Source: Cetorhinus maximus
Lineage: Eukaryota
DNA length: 64,000 nt
Assembly (NCBI RefSeq): GCF_964194155.1
Contig: NC_135894.1
Location: 76,632,001 to 76,696,000, forward strand
Reading direction: 5' to 3'
The notes under the pieces were generated by a model. That model ran no database searches and was not told the DNA's origin. It was given only the letters and a program-made list of their open reading frames with translations. Shown piece by piece: positions 12,555 through 25,371 of this stretch. Both the position numbers and the translations under genes were made by a program. Positions within the stretch are counted from its first letter, which is position 1. The number at the start of each line of letters is the position of its first letter.

Positions 12555-13699
12555 ATTGCAACTATTCAAAATCAGTGGCAGCCTTAGGACGGCTGCCTGC
12601 GCTGTTTTTGAATAGGTCGCCGGGTTGCCATTGGACCCAGCGGACATTGGCTTCCCGCCCTTTCCCGCGGATCTGGAGAGCCGCAAATTACACTGGGCGG
12701 GCCTTAATTGGCCTGTCCGCGTAAAATTGCAGTGCACACCCGATTGCGGGTGGCTGTCGGGTTCCCAACCGCCCTCGCCCGCTCCAGCCGAGCCTGCCCG
12801 CTAACTGAAAAATCCTGGCCCAAGAGTTATTTGAACTTAGCGCTCTACCACATGGAAACACGCCACTCAAACTATGCAAATGCATTTGACTTATTGTAGT
12901 TTGGTTGCACAGAACTAAAGTCACTGTTTCCTTTCAAGGAGCATTACAAATATTTAAACATGCATTTCTTGGAGACTATTCAAAGGTCTGAACAAGCATT
13001 ACTTTAAATCAAAAATCAACACACATTCAAAACCTGCAAAAGAATTTGTTAGAGCTGTAAAGAATTGCAGAAATTACATTAAATCTCTTAAGTACGTGAT
13101 TAAAACATGATAGCACAGTCTGGTTATGTTCCTCAATTCCTCAAAAATTACCTGATATGGCAGAAAAAATATTGTTAAGCTTAAATCTTTGGAAATAAGA
13201 AATTAGCATATCTTCAAAGTCTTTCATTTCTGCTCAATGTCTCATACTGCCCTTTAATTACTCAAATATAAGAAATAAAAATCACAGCATTAATTGTTAA
13301 GTCCTTTAACACATCAGAAAACATTGAGTTATAAAAGGTAAATCATCCCATCAAACATATTTCTTTTACAGACCTAATTTAATTTACCCTATTGAAGGCT
13401 GTACTCCACTTATCTAATCTATTCTGCTTCCTTTGACACATTAGATCCATGGGTTATGTATTATTACTGTAATCCTTCCATATAAGCCTGTTGGTATACA
13501 GCTTTAATGGCAGTATTAGGCATTTAAAGGAAATGGACTAATGCTGTTAAAACAGAATATTTTAAGCATTCATATGCTAATATTTCAAATAGTGATTTTT
13601 AGGGTAATCTAACAACAAAAAAGTCTGTTTGGGAATTGTGGAGATCACCTGATTGTTTTTCCACAGATATTTGGTTAAAAGCATTTAAAGTGTATCATT

Positions 13700-14230
13700 A
13701 ATGTTAAAAAGGCTTACAAGGTCTTTCACTTTATAGAGGCATAAAGTACACAAGCAAGAAAATTATGGTAAACCTTTATAAATCACTGAGAAGGCTTCAG
13801 CTGAAGTAATGCGTACAATTATGCACATCACACTTTAGGAAGGCTGCTAAAGCCTTGGGGAAGATCAGAATGTTACCTGGAATGAGGGACATCAGTTATA
13901 TGGAGAAGCAAGAGAATCTGGGATTGTTCTCCTTAGAACAGAGAAGGTTAAGGAGAGATTTAAAGAGGCATTCAGAATCATGAAGGGTTTTGATAGATTA
14001 AATAATGAGGATCAGAAGTTTTTTTATGCTGCAATTTATTATGATTCCTTTGTCTGAAAGGGTAATGGAAGCAAATTCAGCAGTAACTTTCAAAGGCGAA
14101 TTGAATAAATACTTGAAGAGGTGAAAACTGCAAGCGTATGGGGAAAGACCTGCGATTGGGAGTAATTGGATTGCTGTTCCAACAAGCTGGCACAGAGCAA
14201 ATGACCTTTCTACGGTAAGATTCTATGATT
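13700..14230 (+). mobile_element. Old CR1 3' fragment
   Basis: Degenerate CR1 ORF2 end and ATTCTATGA tail. Confidence 0.75.
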
Positions 14231-15659
14231 AATGTAGATGATTAATTCAAAGTATTCATCAGGTTAATGAGTTAAGAATCAAGTTGAAAGATGAAAACAA
14301 AATGAGTAATAAAACTGAGATGTTTAAATAATTTCCTTATATCTGAGATGGACCTTTGCCAACAAGCTTTGATTTAACATTGGCCCAGGAGACGGCAAGC
14401 AAGCTCTTAAAATCTACTAGAGCTCCAAGTATAGTTGAACAAAGGAAGAGAAGATATCTGTTTTTAAAATAATCAGATTTCTCAGATAAAGAACTCTCGC
14501 GTATGTTTCAAACACCTCACTATGAGCCATAGGAATGAAAAATATAGCAACCAATAAACAATTTGGAAATGGGGAACATGATATGTAGCGAATTGAGTGA
14601 AAAGTAATGATTTGTTAAAATGTATATTTTTAAAGCACACCAACCAGGTGACAAATATTTGGTCTTTTTAACACACTGTTGCACAGAAATACATTTTCAT
14701 TAAAATACTAATGAGGTAATTAATTGTGTTTTACAGTGTTTTCCTCTGGTCAATAAAAGTTGAAATTGCCCCTTGTGTGTTTGACGAAACTTAAAATGTA
14801 TTCATTTTATTTGCTTTTTTTTAATATAAAGTGAGTTGGAGGTCGATCGTCAACTTCTGTATTGCTGTCGGGGGTTGGCTGGGAAGAGGCACACAACCAC
14901 CTCAGCTGCCAAAAATCAACTGTTTCTACCAGTCATTACATATGTGTTAAATGAAAAATAATTGTCTGATGTATTTTTGTTAAAAATATGCTGAAGATAA
15001 ATCTATGTGCAGGCTGTATATCTGAAAAAAGTTGATATTTTATTAACTTATACAACTGGTACTCCTTATTACACTGGACATGAAATAATTCTTATGCAAT
15101 AACTCTCAATTCACATGATCACAAAATAATTATGGATGAGGCAAGCCATTTGGCCCATCTCAGCTCATTCATCAGAAAGGAACAATAGAATTGTTTTTTT
15201 TTAATTCCAGGGTTTCTGCTTTCACTGTACTATCTAGAGCACTTTTGACTCCAAAGTTATTTTATTTTCTACTCATTGAGGTCAAAGTTAGTTGGATCAG
15301 CCTCATCCCTGTGGATGCCCAGTGTTATTTCTACACTTTGTTATTTCTAGCATTGCCGCAAACAGTCAATGTTGCCCACATAAGTAAATGCGGTAAATGT
15401 TTCCAAGCGCACTTGATCAGCATTCATGCTTGGTGCATAGTGTGGTCCAAGATCTAGTCCATGGGTAGCAGAAACAGATCAGGCCCAGTGACACCTCCTC
15501 ATCAAACTCCAGGCCTGGCCTGCAAGAAGGCGCTGGTATCACTGCCAATGCATATGGAACTGGACATACCTTTGTAAAGAATTCAAATCAATCAGGCTAT
15601 TGTTTTATTCCCGAAGCCCCCCAACTGCTTAATGGTAACCAGATTGGGTTCTGTCCAAC

Positions 15660-16524
15660 TGTTATGACGTAGCAGATGATGTGTGCCAGGCAAATCAAAT
15701 CCACAAGGGAAACTTGATAACGTGGTCATAGCTATTTTGCAATTTGTATTTTATTTCGAGATGCGTGCCCTGAATTCAGAAATAATAAGACTACCATGGC
15801 TTCAGAGGTTTTTAGAAAACTAAATTAAACATTTATTAACAAAAGAAAAAATTTCGAGCACATACATAGGTCTACAAATTACTACTATAATAACTCCAAA
15901 AACACCTAATTAACCTGGCTCCCAGTTACACCCCTATTAGGCAACAGTAAAAAAAAATAGATTTAAACAGACCTGGGCAAAGCAGCACGATACCCTGGAT
16001 AAGAGATTTCAAAATGAGTTTTCTCAGCTTAGGTTCCTGTAGACAGCAACTTGATGCACAGAGGCTGGAGGCTTTTCACACTTGTTAGATCTTAGAATGC
16101 CTTCTCCTCCTTGACACATAGCTTCATCTCCCTTATACATGTTTTCCCCTTTTAATCCAAATTCCATTGTTCTATCATGTCTTTGGAACTTTACCTTTCT
16201 CATAATATAAATCTTTTCATTGTGCTCATATGATCAGTAACCTTTGAGAAAAATAAACACGCTGTTTGGCTTAGCTTCTTCTGGCTAGGTGTAACTAGAT
16301 GTAAAAGTTAACGTTTTGAGTCCGTATGGCTCTTCATCACATGGACTCAAAAAGTTAAGTCTGCTTTTCCCTCCACATATGCTGTTAGACCTGTTGAGTT
16401 TTTCCAGCATTTTCTGTTTTTGTTTCAGCTTACCATCATCCACAGTATTTTGTTTTTACCACTATTAACCTACAATTACAATAAATCACAATAATATTAT
16501 GAGAATTATTATATTTTCATGACA
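15660..16524 (-). mobile_element. Solo LTR interrupted by a short Penelope end (~16300-16460)
   Basis: TGTTATGA...TCATGACA termini; flanks CCAAC/CCACC (imperfect 5-bp TSD); AATAAA on the minus strand. Confidence 0.65.
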
Positions 16525-16846
16525 CCACCAAAGTCTAATGATACCTTGAAATCGATGCACGTGAAATTATAGAAATGGTTGACAGTCCCAACTAACTTGG
16601 GATCTCAATGTACAGCTCAGATGTCTTTGAAGGAGAGATAGGTCAGCAAATAGAGATCATCAGAAGTGTTGTGCAATTTCTTGATAACATGTACAAGTCA
16701 AAAATCCAACCAGCAACTAAATCCAGATTATCCAACTGTTATTATCCCAGACTTAACATATGGAAGAGGCACGAGGGTTCCCATATGGAACAATTAATGT
16801 CATTGATGTCTTTGATCAATGGTGTCCCCAACAAATAATTGGAGTC

Positions 16847-19800
16847 TGAAACAGAAATCAAAAATGCTGGAAAAACTCAGCCGGTCTGACAGCATCTGTG
16901 GAGAGAAAGACAGAGTTAACGGTTCAAGTTCGTATGACTCTTCTTCAGAGCTAAACGAAAGTAGAAATGTGGTGAAATATATACTGTTTAAGGGGGGTGG
17001 AACAGGTGAAGCTGGATAGAAGGCCAGCGATAGGTGGAGGCAAAGGAGAGATTGCGAAAGATGTCATAAGCAAAAGGTCAAAGGGTTGTTAATAGTGGTG
17101 GTACTGACTAAAGGAGGTGCTAATGGTGACATTAAGAGTGGAAAGCAGAATGTGATAATGGCAGGACCAGGGTAAGCACTCTGGAAATTGACAGATGGCC
17201 CTAGTTGGGGTGGGGGTGGGAGGAGGGAACTGTGGTGGGAAAGAAGTTTCACTAAAAGCTGGGGATAAACAATCAATAGAAATGGAAATAAATTTTAAAA
17301 ATAATAATAATGAAAATGTGGGGGGGAAATAATTAATAAATAAAGAAAGAAATAATAAAAAATAAATAAAAATGAATATAGAAAAAAGGGGGGGATCAAA
17401 GAGAGTGAGGATGGAGGAGAGAGTTCATGGTATGAAGTTGTTGAACTCAATGTTAAGTTTGGAAGGCTGTAAAGTGCCTAATTGGAAGATGAGGTGCTGT
17501 TCCTCCAGTTTGTGTTGAACTTTACTGGAACATTGCAGCAGGCCACGGATGGACACCTGGGCGTGAGAGTAGGACGGTGTGTTGAAATGGCAAGCAACAG
17601 GGAGGTCTGGGTCATGCTTGCGGACAGACCAAAGGTATTCTGCAAAGTGGTCACACAGTCTGCATTTGGTCTCTCCAAGGTAGAGGAGACTGCATTGGGA
17701 GCAGCGAATGCAGTAGACCAAATTGAGGGAAGTGCAAGTGAAGCGCTGCTTCACTTGAAGGGAGTCAACCTTTGGAGTGAACCCCACCCCACCCCACCCC
17801 TGCTAGAGCCATCTGTCACTTTCTAAAGTGCTTACCCTGGTCCTACCATTATCACATTCTGCTTTCCACTCTTAATGTCACCATTAGCACCTCCTTTAGC
17901 CAGTACCACCACTATTAACAACCATTTGACCTTTTGTTTATGACATCTTTCACAATCTCTCCTTTGACTCCACCTATCACTGGCCTTCTATCCAGCTTCA
18001 CCTGTTCTACCCCCCTTAGATATTTCACCACATTTCTACTTCCGTTTAGCTCTGAAGAAGAGTCATGTGGACTCATAAGACCATAAGACCATAAGACATA
18101 GGAGCAGAACTTAGGCCATTCGGCCCATCGAGTCTGCTCTGCCATTCAATCATGGCTGATAAGTTTCTCAACCCCATTCTCCCGCCTTCTCCCCAAAACC
18201 TTTGAGCCCCTTACCAATCAAGAACCTATCTCTCTCGGTCTTAAATACACTCAATGACCTGGCCTTCACAGCCTTCTGTGGCAATGAATTCCATAGATTC
18301 ACCACTCTCTGGCTAAAGAAGTTTCTCCTCATCTCTGTTCTAAAAGGCCTTCCCTTTACTCTGAGGCTGTGCCCTCGGGTCCTAGTCTCTCTTACTAATG
18401 GAAACATCTTCCCCACGTCCACTCTATCCAGGCCTTTCAGTATTCTGTAAGTTTCAATCAGATCCCCCCTCATCCTTCTAAACTCCATCGAGTATAGACC
18501 CAGAGTCCTCAAACGTTCCTCATATATTAAGCTTTTCATTCCTGGGATCGTTCTCGTGAACCTCCTCTGGACCCTCTCCAGGGCCAGCACATCCTTCCTG
18601 AGATATGGGGCCCAAAATTGCTCACAATATTCTAAATGTGGTCTGACCAGAGCCTTATAAAGCCTCAGCAGCACAACCCTGCTTTTATATTCTAGTCCTC
18701 TCGAAATAAATGCCAACATTACATTTGCCTTCCTAACTACCGACTCAACCTGCAAGTTAACCTTGAGAGAATACTGGACTAGGACTCCCAAGTCCCTTTG
18801 CACTCCAGATTTCTGAATTCTCTCCCCATTTAGAAAATAGTCTATGCCTCTATTCTTCCTACCAAAGTGCATGACCTCACACTTCCCCACGTTGTATTCC
18901 ATCTGTCACTTCTTTGCCCATTCTTCTAACCTGTCCAAATCCTTCTGCAGCCTCCCCGCCTCCTCAATACTACCTGTCCCTCCACCTATCTTTGTATCAT
19001 CTGCAAACTTAGCCAGGATGCCCTCAGTTCCTTCATCTAGATCATTAATGTATAAAGTGAAAAGTTGTGGTCCCAACACTGACATCTGCAGAACTCCACT
19101 AGTCACCGGCCGCCATCCTGAGAAGGACCCCCTTATCCCCACTCTCTGCCTCCTGCCAGACAGCCAATCTTCTATCCATGCTAGTACCTTGCCTCTAACA
19201 CCATGGGCTCTTATCTTACTCAGCAGCCTCCTGTGCGGCACCTTGTCAAAGGCCTTCTGGAAGTCCAAGTAGATAACATCCATTGGCTCTCCTTTGTCTA
19301 ACCTACTCGTTACCTCCTCAAAGATTTCTAACAGATTTGTCAGGCATGACCCCCCCTTGATGAAACCATGCTGACTTTGCCCTATTTTATCATGCACTTC
19401 CAAGTATTCTGAAATCTCATCCTTAATAATGGCCTCTAAAATCTTACCAACGACCAAGGTCAGACTAATCGGCCTGTAATTTCCCATCTTTTGCCTCACT
19501 CCCTTCTTAAACAGGGGGGTTACATTAGCGATTTTCCCGTCCTCTGGGACCCTCCCTGACTCCAGTGATTCCTGAATGATCACCACTAACGCCTCCACTA
19601 TCTCTTCAGCTATCTCCTTCAAAACTCTGGGGTGTAATCCATCTGGCCCAGGTGATTTATCCACCTTCAGATCTTTCAGTTTTCCTAGCACCTTCTCCTT
19701 GGTAATGGCCACCATATTCACCTCTGCCCCCCGACTCTCTTGAACTTTGGGGATGTTACTTGTGTCTTCCACCGTGAAGACTGACGCAAAGTACCTATTC

Positions 19801-22348
19801 AGCTCCTCCGCCATTTCTTTGTTCCCCACTACTACTTCTCCAGCGTCATTTTCCAGCGGCCCAATGTCCACTTTTGCCTCTCTCTTACCCTTTATATATC
19901 TAAAAAAACTCTTGCAATCTTCTTTTATATTACTGGCTAGTTTACCCTCATATTTAATCTTCTCCCTCCTTATTTCTTTTTTAGTTGTCCTCTGTTGGTC
20001 TTTGTGGGCTTCCCAATCCCCTGGTTTCCCACTGCTCTTCGCTGGATTGTATGCTTTCTCTTTAGCTTTTATGCTGTCTCTGACTTCCCTTGTCAGCCAT
20101 GGTTGCCTCATCCTCCCTTTAGTATGCTTCTTCTTCCTAGGGATGAATTTTTGCTGTGTCTCCCAAATTACTCCCAGAAACTCCTGCCATTGCTGTTCCT
20201 GCTCGGCTCATCTCCCAGTCAATTCTGGCCAGCTCCTCCCTCATGCCTCTGTAGTTGCCTTTATTCAACTGTAATACCGTTACATCTGATTCCAGATTTT
20301 TCCTCTCAAATTGCACGGTAAATTCTATCATATTATGGTCACTTCCTCTTAAGGGTTCCTTCACCTTAAGTTCCCTTATCAAATCTGCCTCATTACACAT
20401 CACTAAATCTAGAATTGTCTGTTCCCTAGTGGGCTCCACCACAAGCTGCTCCAAAAAGCCATCTCATAGACATTCTACAAATTCCTTTTCTTGGGATCCA
20501 CTACCAACCTGATTTTCCCAGTCTACCTGCATATTGAAATCCCCCATGATCACTGTAACCTTGCCTTTCTTACACGCCTTTTCTATCTCCTGGTGTATCT
20601 TGTGCCCCACATCCTGACTACTCTTCGGAGGCCTGTACATAACTCCCATTATGGTTTTTTTACCTTTGTGGTTCCTTAACTCTACGCACACAGATTCTAC
20701 ATCATCTGACCCTATGTCATTTCTTGCTATCGATTTAATTTCATTTCTTACTAACAAAGCAACCCCACCCCCTCTGCTAACCTGCCTATCTTTTCGATAG
20801 GATGTATATCCTTGGATATTTAGCTCCCAGTCCTGATCCCCTTGCAGCCATGTCTCCGTGATGCCCACCACATCATCCCTGCCAATTTCAATCTGCGCCA
20901 CAAGCTCATTTACCTTATTTCGTATACTGCGTGCATTCAGATACAATACCTTCAGTCCTGTATTTCCCGTCCCCTTTCTCATTGTCGTCCCTTTATCTGA
21001 TGTGCTTGAAGTTAGGTTCCTAGCCCTTTCCAAACACTCTGTCCTATTTTGTGTCCTGGGGACTTTAACAGCCTCTCCTGGGCTCTCCTTTCTTTTCAGT
21101 TTTTTCATAATTTTCCATGAAGTTGAATCCACCCCCCCCAACACGCTAACCTGCTGTTTTGTTTCCCAATAGTCATACTTCTTGGAGTTTTACCCTTCCC
21201 TCCCCCCCACTTTCTAGTTTAAAGTCCTTTTGACCACCCTATTTACCCTTTTCACTAGAACATTAGTCCCAGATCGGTTCAGGTGGAGACCATCCCAACG
21301 GTACAGATCCCTCCTGTTCCAATACTGATGCCAGTGCCCCACGAAATGGAACCCCTCTTTCCCGCACCACTCCTTTAGCCACGTGTTTACTTCCCTTATT
21401 CTCACGTCCCAATGCCAATTTGCACGTGGCTCGGGTAGTAATCCGGAGATTATAACCCTTGAGGACCTGTTCTTTAATTTAGTTCCTAGTTCCTGATAAT
21501 CCCCAAACAGGTCCTCTTTCCTAGTCTTACCTATCTTATTTGTCCCGACATGGATCACAACAACTGGATCCTCCCCCTCCGTCTCCAATATCCTTTCAAG
21601 CCGGTCAGAGATGTCCCTCACCCTGGCACCGGGCAGGCAACATACCATGGGGGACTCTCAATCCTGCTTACAAAGGATGCTATCAATTCCCCTAATTATA
21701 GAATCCCCTACAACTACCACTTGTCTTTTTGCTCCCCCCTCTTGAATGGCCTCTTGTGCCACGGTGCCGTGGTCAGCTGGCTCATCCTCCCTACAGCCCT
21801 GTTCCTCATCCTTACAGGGAGCAAGTACCTTGTACCTGTTGGACATGGTCAAGAGCTGAGGCTCCTCTGTTCTTGAACACAGGATCCCTCTACCTGCCTC
21901 ACTAGCAGTCACACCCTGCTGACCCTGACCACTGACTGAACTTGAGGTACTTAATCTACCGGGTGTGACCGCCTCCTGAAACAAAGCATCCAGGTAACTC
22001 TCCCCCTCCTGGATGTGCCGCAGCGTCCGGAGCTCGGACTCCAGCTCATCAATTCTGAGCTGGAGTTCCTCCAGCAACCAACACTTACTGCAGATGTGGT
22101 CACTGCGGCTCACAATGGGATCTGCCAGCTCCCACATCATACAGCTACAGCACATCACCTGCCCAGCCATCTCGACTTAGGTAATTAATTTATTAATTAG
22201 CTTTGCAGTGTTTTTTTTTCTTTTGAACTCAAAATGTTAACTCTGTCTTTCTCTCCACAAATGCTTGTCAGACCTGCTGAGTTTTTCCAGCATTTTTTGT
22301 TTCTGTTTCAGATTTCCAGCATCCACAGTATTTTGCCTTTATCTTAGG
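16847..22348 (-). mobile_element. Penelope-like element: 5'-truncated GIY-YIG end with inverted pseudo-LTR, interrupted by CR1
   Basis: ORF 17425-17787 NLVYCIRCSQCSLLYLGET..RL..F.E....V...PVACHFN..LEEQHLIF.LGTLQP..LN (GIY-YIG). 17785-18074 plus 22231-22348 is the reverse complement of 16847-17220. 14-bp TSD AAATAATTGGAGTC at 16833 and 22349. Confidence 0.9.
18075..22224 (-). mobile_element. Near full-length CR1 LINE (ORF1 Cys-motif plus SGNH esterase; ORF2 APE endonuclease plus RT)
   Basis: ORF1 CCSC..CSKC, VVGDSIIRG, HVGTN, DGLHLN; ORF2 YLNARSIRNK, ITETWL, GDFN, SDHN, LDFQKAFDKVPH, FADDTK; CTTATGGT-repeat tail; flanks GGACTCA/GAACTCA. Confidence 0.95.
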
Positions 22349-23599
22349 AAATAATTGGAGTCCTCTGGTACAACTACGTTACGAGCACAGGGATCAGATG
22401 CCGCACAACACGAAGCCGCTGTCTTCCACAATTGCAATGGTTTAGGGCAATCTCATCTGCCCGTTGAGATGAAAAGTTGGACGTGGAGAGAGTCCTGCAG
22501 GCATCTCAGCCAAGGCTTCCTTACAAATAGAGTAGTCCTTCAGTGACTAAGGCCCACGCGGACTCATACAATCATGCAGGTCCTACAAAATTACTCAGTT
22601 TAGGCTTCCACACTGTTGGCACTATGGGCAAGACAGAGAAGCCACAAATTGGCGTATACTCTTCTGTTGGTGAATGAAGGGAACCGAGAACAAATTATTA
22701 TGCCATTTAGGAATCTATTTTCTCTATTATTTCCTAGTTTTCAATATATTTAATGCTCACAAGTGAAAAGGTCGTCACCTCATCAAATATGTTTTGTAAT
22801 GGACTCTGCCCTACTTATATAATCACCTAGCGGAGTGTGCTACATGATTTCTCCAGATCTCAGAGGTAACTTAGAAAATGTCTACGCTATCTTACCTATG
22901 CTTACATCTCAATCAGTTAACCTGGCAGTTTGTTATTCCCACAGTACCAGAACCATTTTGTCCCATTGAGTATTTTGATGATCCACTCCTAAAATTATCT
23001 CGTAAGAATTAATCTTGTTCTAGGTCAGATATTTATTTGATTTGATTTTGAAACCATTAATCCAGGCATTTTGCTAGCACAACACCATGAAGAATAAAAA
23101 TCTCGCTCGAATCTTAATGTTATGGTTTAGTAATATAGTTCTGCACTCACAGTCTAATCCTTTGCATCACTTTCTGCTTCAGCAGATGCATACAGATATT
23201 GTTCAGCGTCTGTCCGTGAGGAATCCGATAAAAACTCATCTTATTTCCGTCTAATGCCCTGGCTTCAATATCCTATTTAGAACAAGACTTAAATCTTGGT
23301 CTACTTAGAAGAATGACAGGATTAATCATATGACTTTTACACCTTTTCATTTTAAATTCATTATCATTGGCCAACATTTAACTGTCAATCAACATCACAA
23401 AAACAGGTTATTTGGGGCAGCTTCCTGTGCCCAAATTGGCCGTCCCTCTTCCAACAGTGAGTATACTTCAAAAGTACTTAACTGGCCTTTTGGGAGGTCG
23501 AGTGGTTGTGAAAAGTGCTCTATAAATGTAAGACTTTCTTTTCTTTCATACTATTCTTCTGCTAATAATTTACTGAAACAATTACTTCTTTGGCTTTGC

Positions 23600-24180
23600 A
23601 TTTTTGTCATTTGTTGCAAGTCTTGGGTGCAGTGGGAGCATCATATATGATGCATGGGTCTGCTGCTGCATGATCCTTCCTGCAATGGTGTTTTTATGTG
23701 GCAATCTGAAAATGCAGTTCTTCAAATATCTGTACACCAGCGTGGAGGCTTGGGCACCATGTGTTCCGGTCATACGCAGACTTTTTCTAGTTATTGAAGT
23801 CAGTCTGGCATGAATCCTTGTACCTTAGTTTTGACCACCCAATGTGTCTGCTGGCACCATTAAGCTCTCCATGCAGCGCATCTTTTGGTAGGCAACCACC
23901 AACCATTCTACTGACATGGCCTAGCCATTGTAGTCAATATCGCTTGAGCATTACCATTGCACTTCCTGAGTTAGAAATTTGCAGCGCTTTTGTGTTGTGG
24001 ACTCCATGCAGCTGATGGATACCAATGAACTTTCTCAAGAAATGCACATGAAGTGAATTCAATCTACGTCCCTGCTTCTGATATGTAGTTCAAGTTCCAA
24101 CACCATACAATAGTCTACCTGGTACGCAGGCATTATAGATTCTCAGTCCTGTGGCAATTGTGAGCAGTGTTGTGGGCCAA
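23600..24180 (-). mobile_element. Degenerate RTE-like LINE fragment
   Basis: Remnants resembling the RTE C-terminus on the minus strand (AILRRY-LQWLGHVSRM). Confidence 0.5.
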
Positions 24181-24524
24181 GGAGCAGTGTGGGCCGATGA
24201 GCAGTATGAAACAATGAGAGTATTTATTTTTTAAATCAGTATTAATACATTTTAATTGAAATCAAATATCTAGAAAATATAGCCTGAGGCCTTGACTCCA
24301 CCTGAACCTGCTCTGTAAAATATAAGTTCCTTTATTGCTGATTTAATTTAGAGAGAGCGGCAACAGACTGAGTTGTCAGCTGGTGGACCATCAGAACGTA
24401 TTCTAATTGAATCATGGCCGTTCACCAAGAGTTTTTAATCCCAACCTCTTTCTCTGCCCAACAAATACGCCCATTAATGTTAATGTGTTTAATTAATGCA
24501 TCCTCATTTTTGTCAAGAGTATTC

Positions 24525-25200
24525 AGATTTATCCAAGCTGATATTTTATAAGGTCTGTGTTCTTAGCACCTTGCTGTATGGCTGTGAAACATGGATGACT
24601 CACAGCTATCAAGAAAAGAAGCTCAATAATTTCCATCTTCGCTGTTTGCGGTGCGTAATGGATATATCCTGGCAGGATAAAATCACAAATGCAGCAGTCC
24701 TCTCAGAGGTAGAGCTCCCAAGTTTGTTAGCGCTTATCAAAAGGAGGCTGCTCCATTGGCTCAGGCATGTTTGCAGGATGGAAGATGTCACATACCCAAG
24801 GACTTGCTGTATGGTGAGATGGCTGGAGCCAGACAACCAGTTGGATGCCCAAAGCTCTACTTCAAGGTTGCTTGCAAGGATGAGAAAAAGACCCCAACAT
24901 CAGCTATCACTCCTGGAAGCCATCAGCTAATGACAGAGGAAAATGGGGACACCTCCTCTGGGCCTACGTGCACCACCACGATGGCCAGTGGCTACAGCAG
25001 CTTGCCCACAGATGCCAATGCCAAAAACAACTCAGAATAACACCTGGTGGCTACAGGTGTGGCACTTGTGGCAGAACCTGCCTCTCAGGGATTGGCCTCT
25101 TCTGCCGTAAGCAAAGGTGTGCTGTATGAAGACACCCACCCCGTGTGAAATGAATTGTTTGCTGTGTGTCCATCACCTTTCATAGATGGAAAGATACCAC
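24525..25200 (+). mobile_element. RTE-clade LINE 3' fragment
   Basis: YKVCVLSTLLYGCETW..KLNNFHLRCLRCVMDISWQDKITN..W.RHVCRM..IPKDLLYGE; terminal CGTCGRTC motif. Confidence 0.88.
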
Positions 25201-25371
25201 CACTGATGACACTGATTGCATGGTGTTGGAAGAATGGATTAAGATTTTTAAGATTTTTCACTGACAATCAATATGGAAGTTACTTTCTGGTGTCTCCATT
25301 TTATACAATGCTTGGTGAAGCTTTCAATAAATAAATCCTGATTACTGGAACTATTTTTAAGCTGTTTATTT

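Larger units (their letters stand above)
6324..12820. mobile_element. Complete PIF/Harbinger DNA transposon with nested insertions
   Basis: Imperfect TIRs GGGCAGAAGTTCACAGTCGGCGTGCGGG vs GGCCAGGATTTTTCAGTTAGCGGGCAGG (19/28 by eye); 3-bp CAA TSD at 6321-6323 and 12821-12823; convergent transposase and Myb genes. Confidence 0.88.

Noticed and set aside
18844-20321. Plus-strand ORFs of 108-175 aa
   Set aside because: Antisense shadows of CR1 ORF2.
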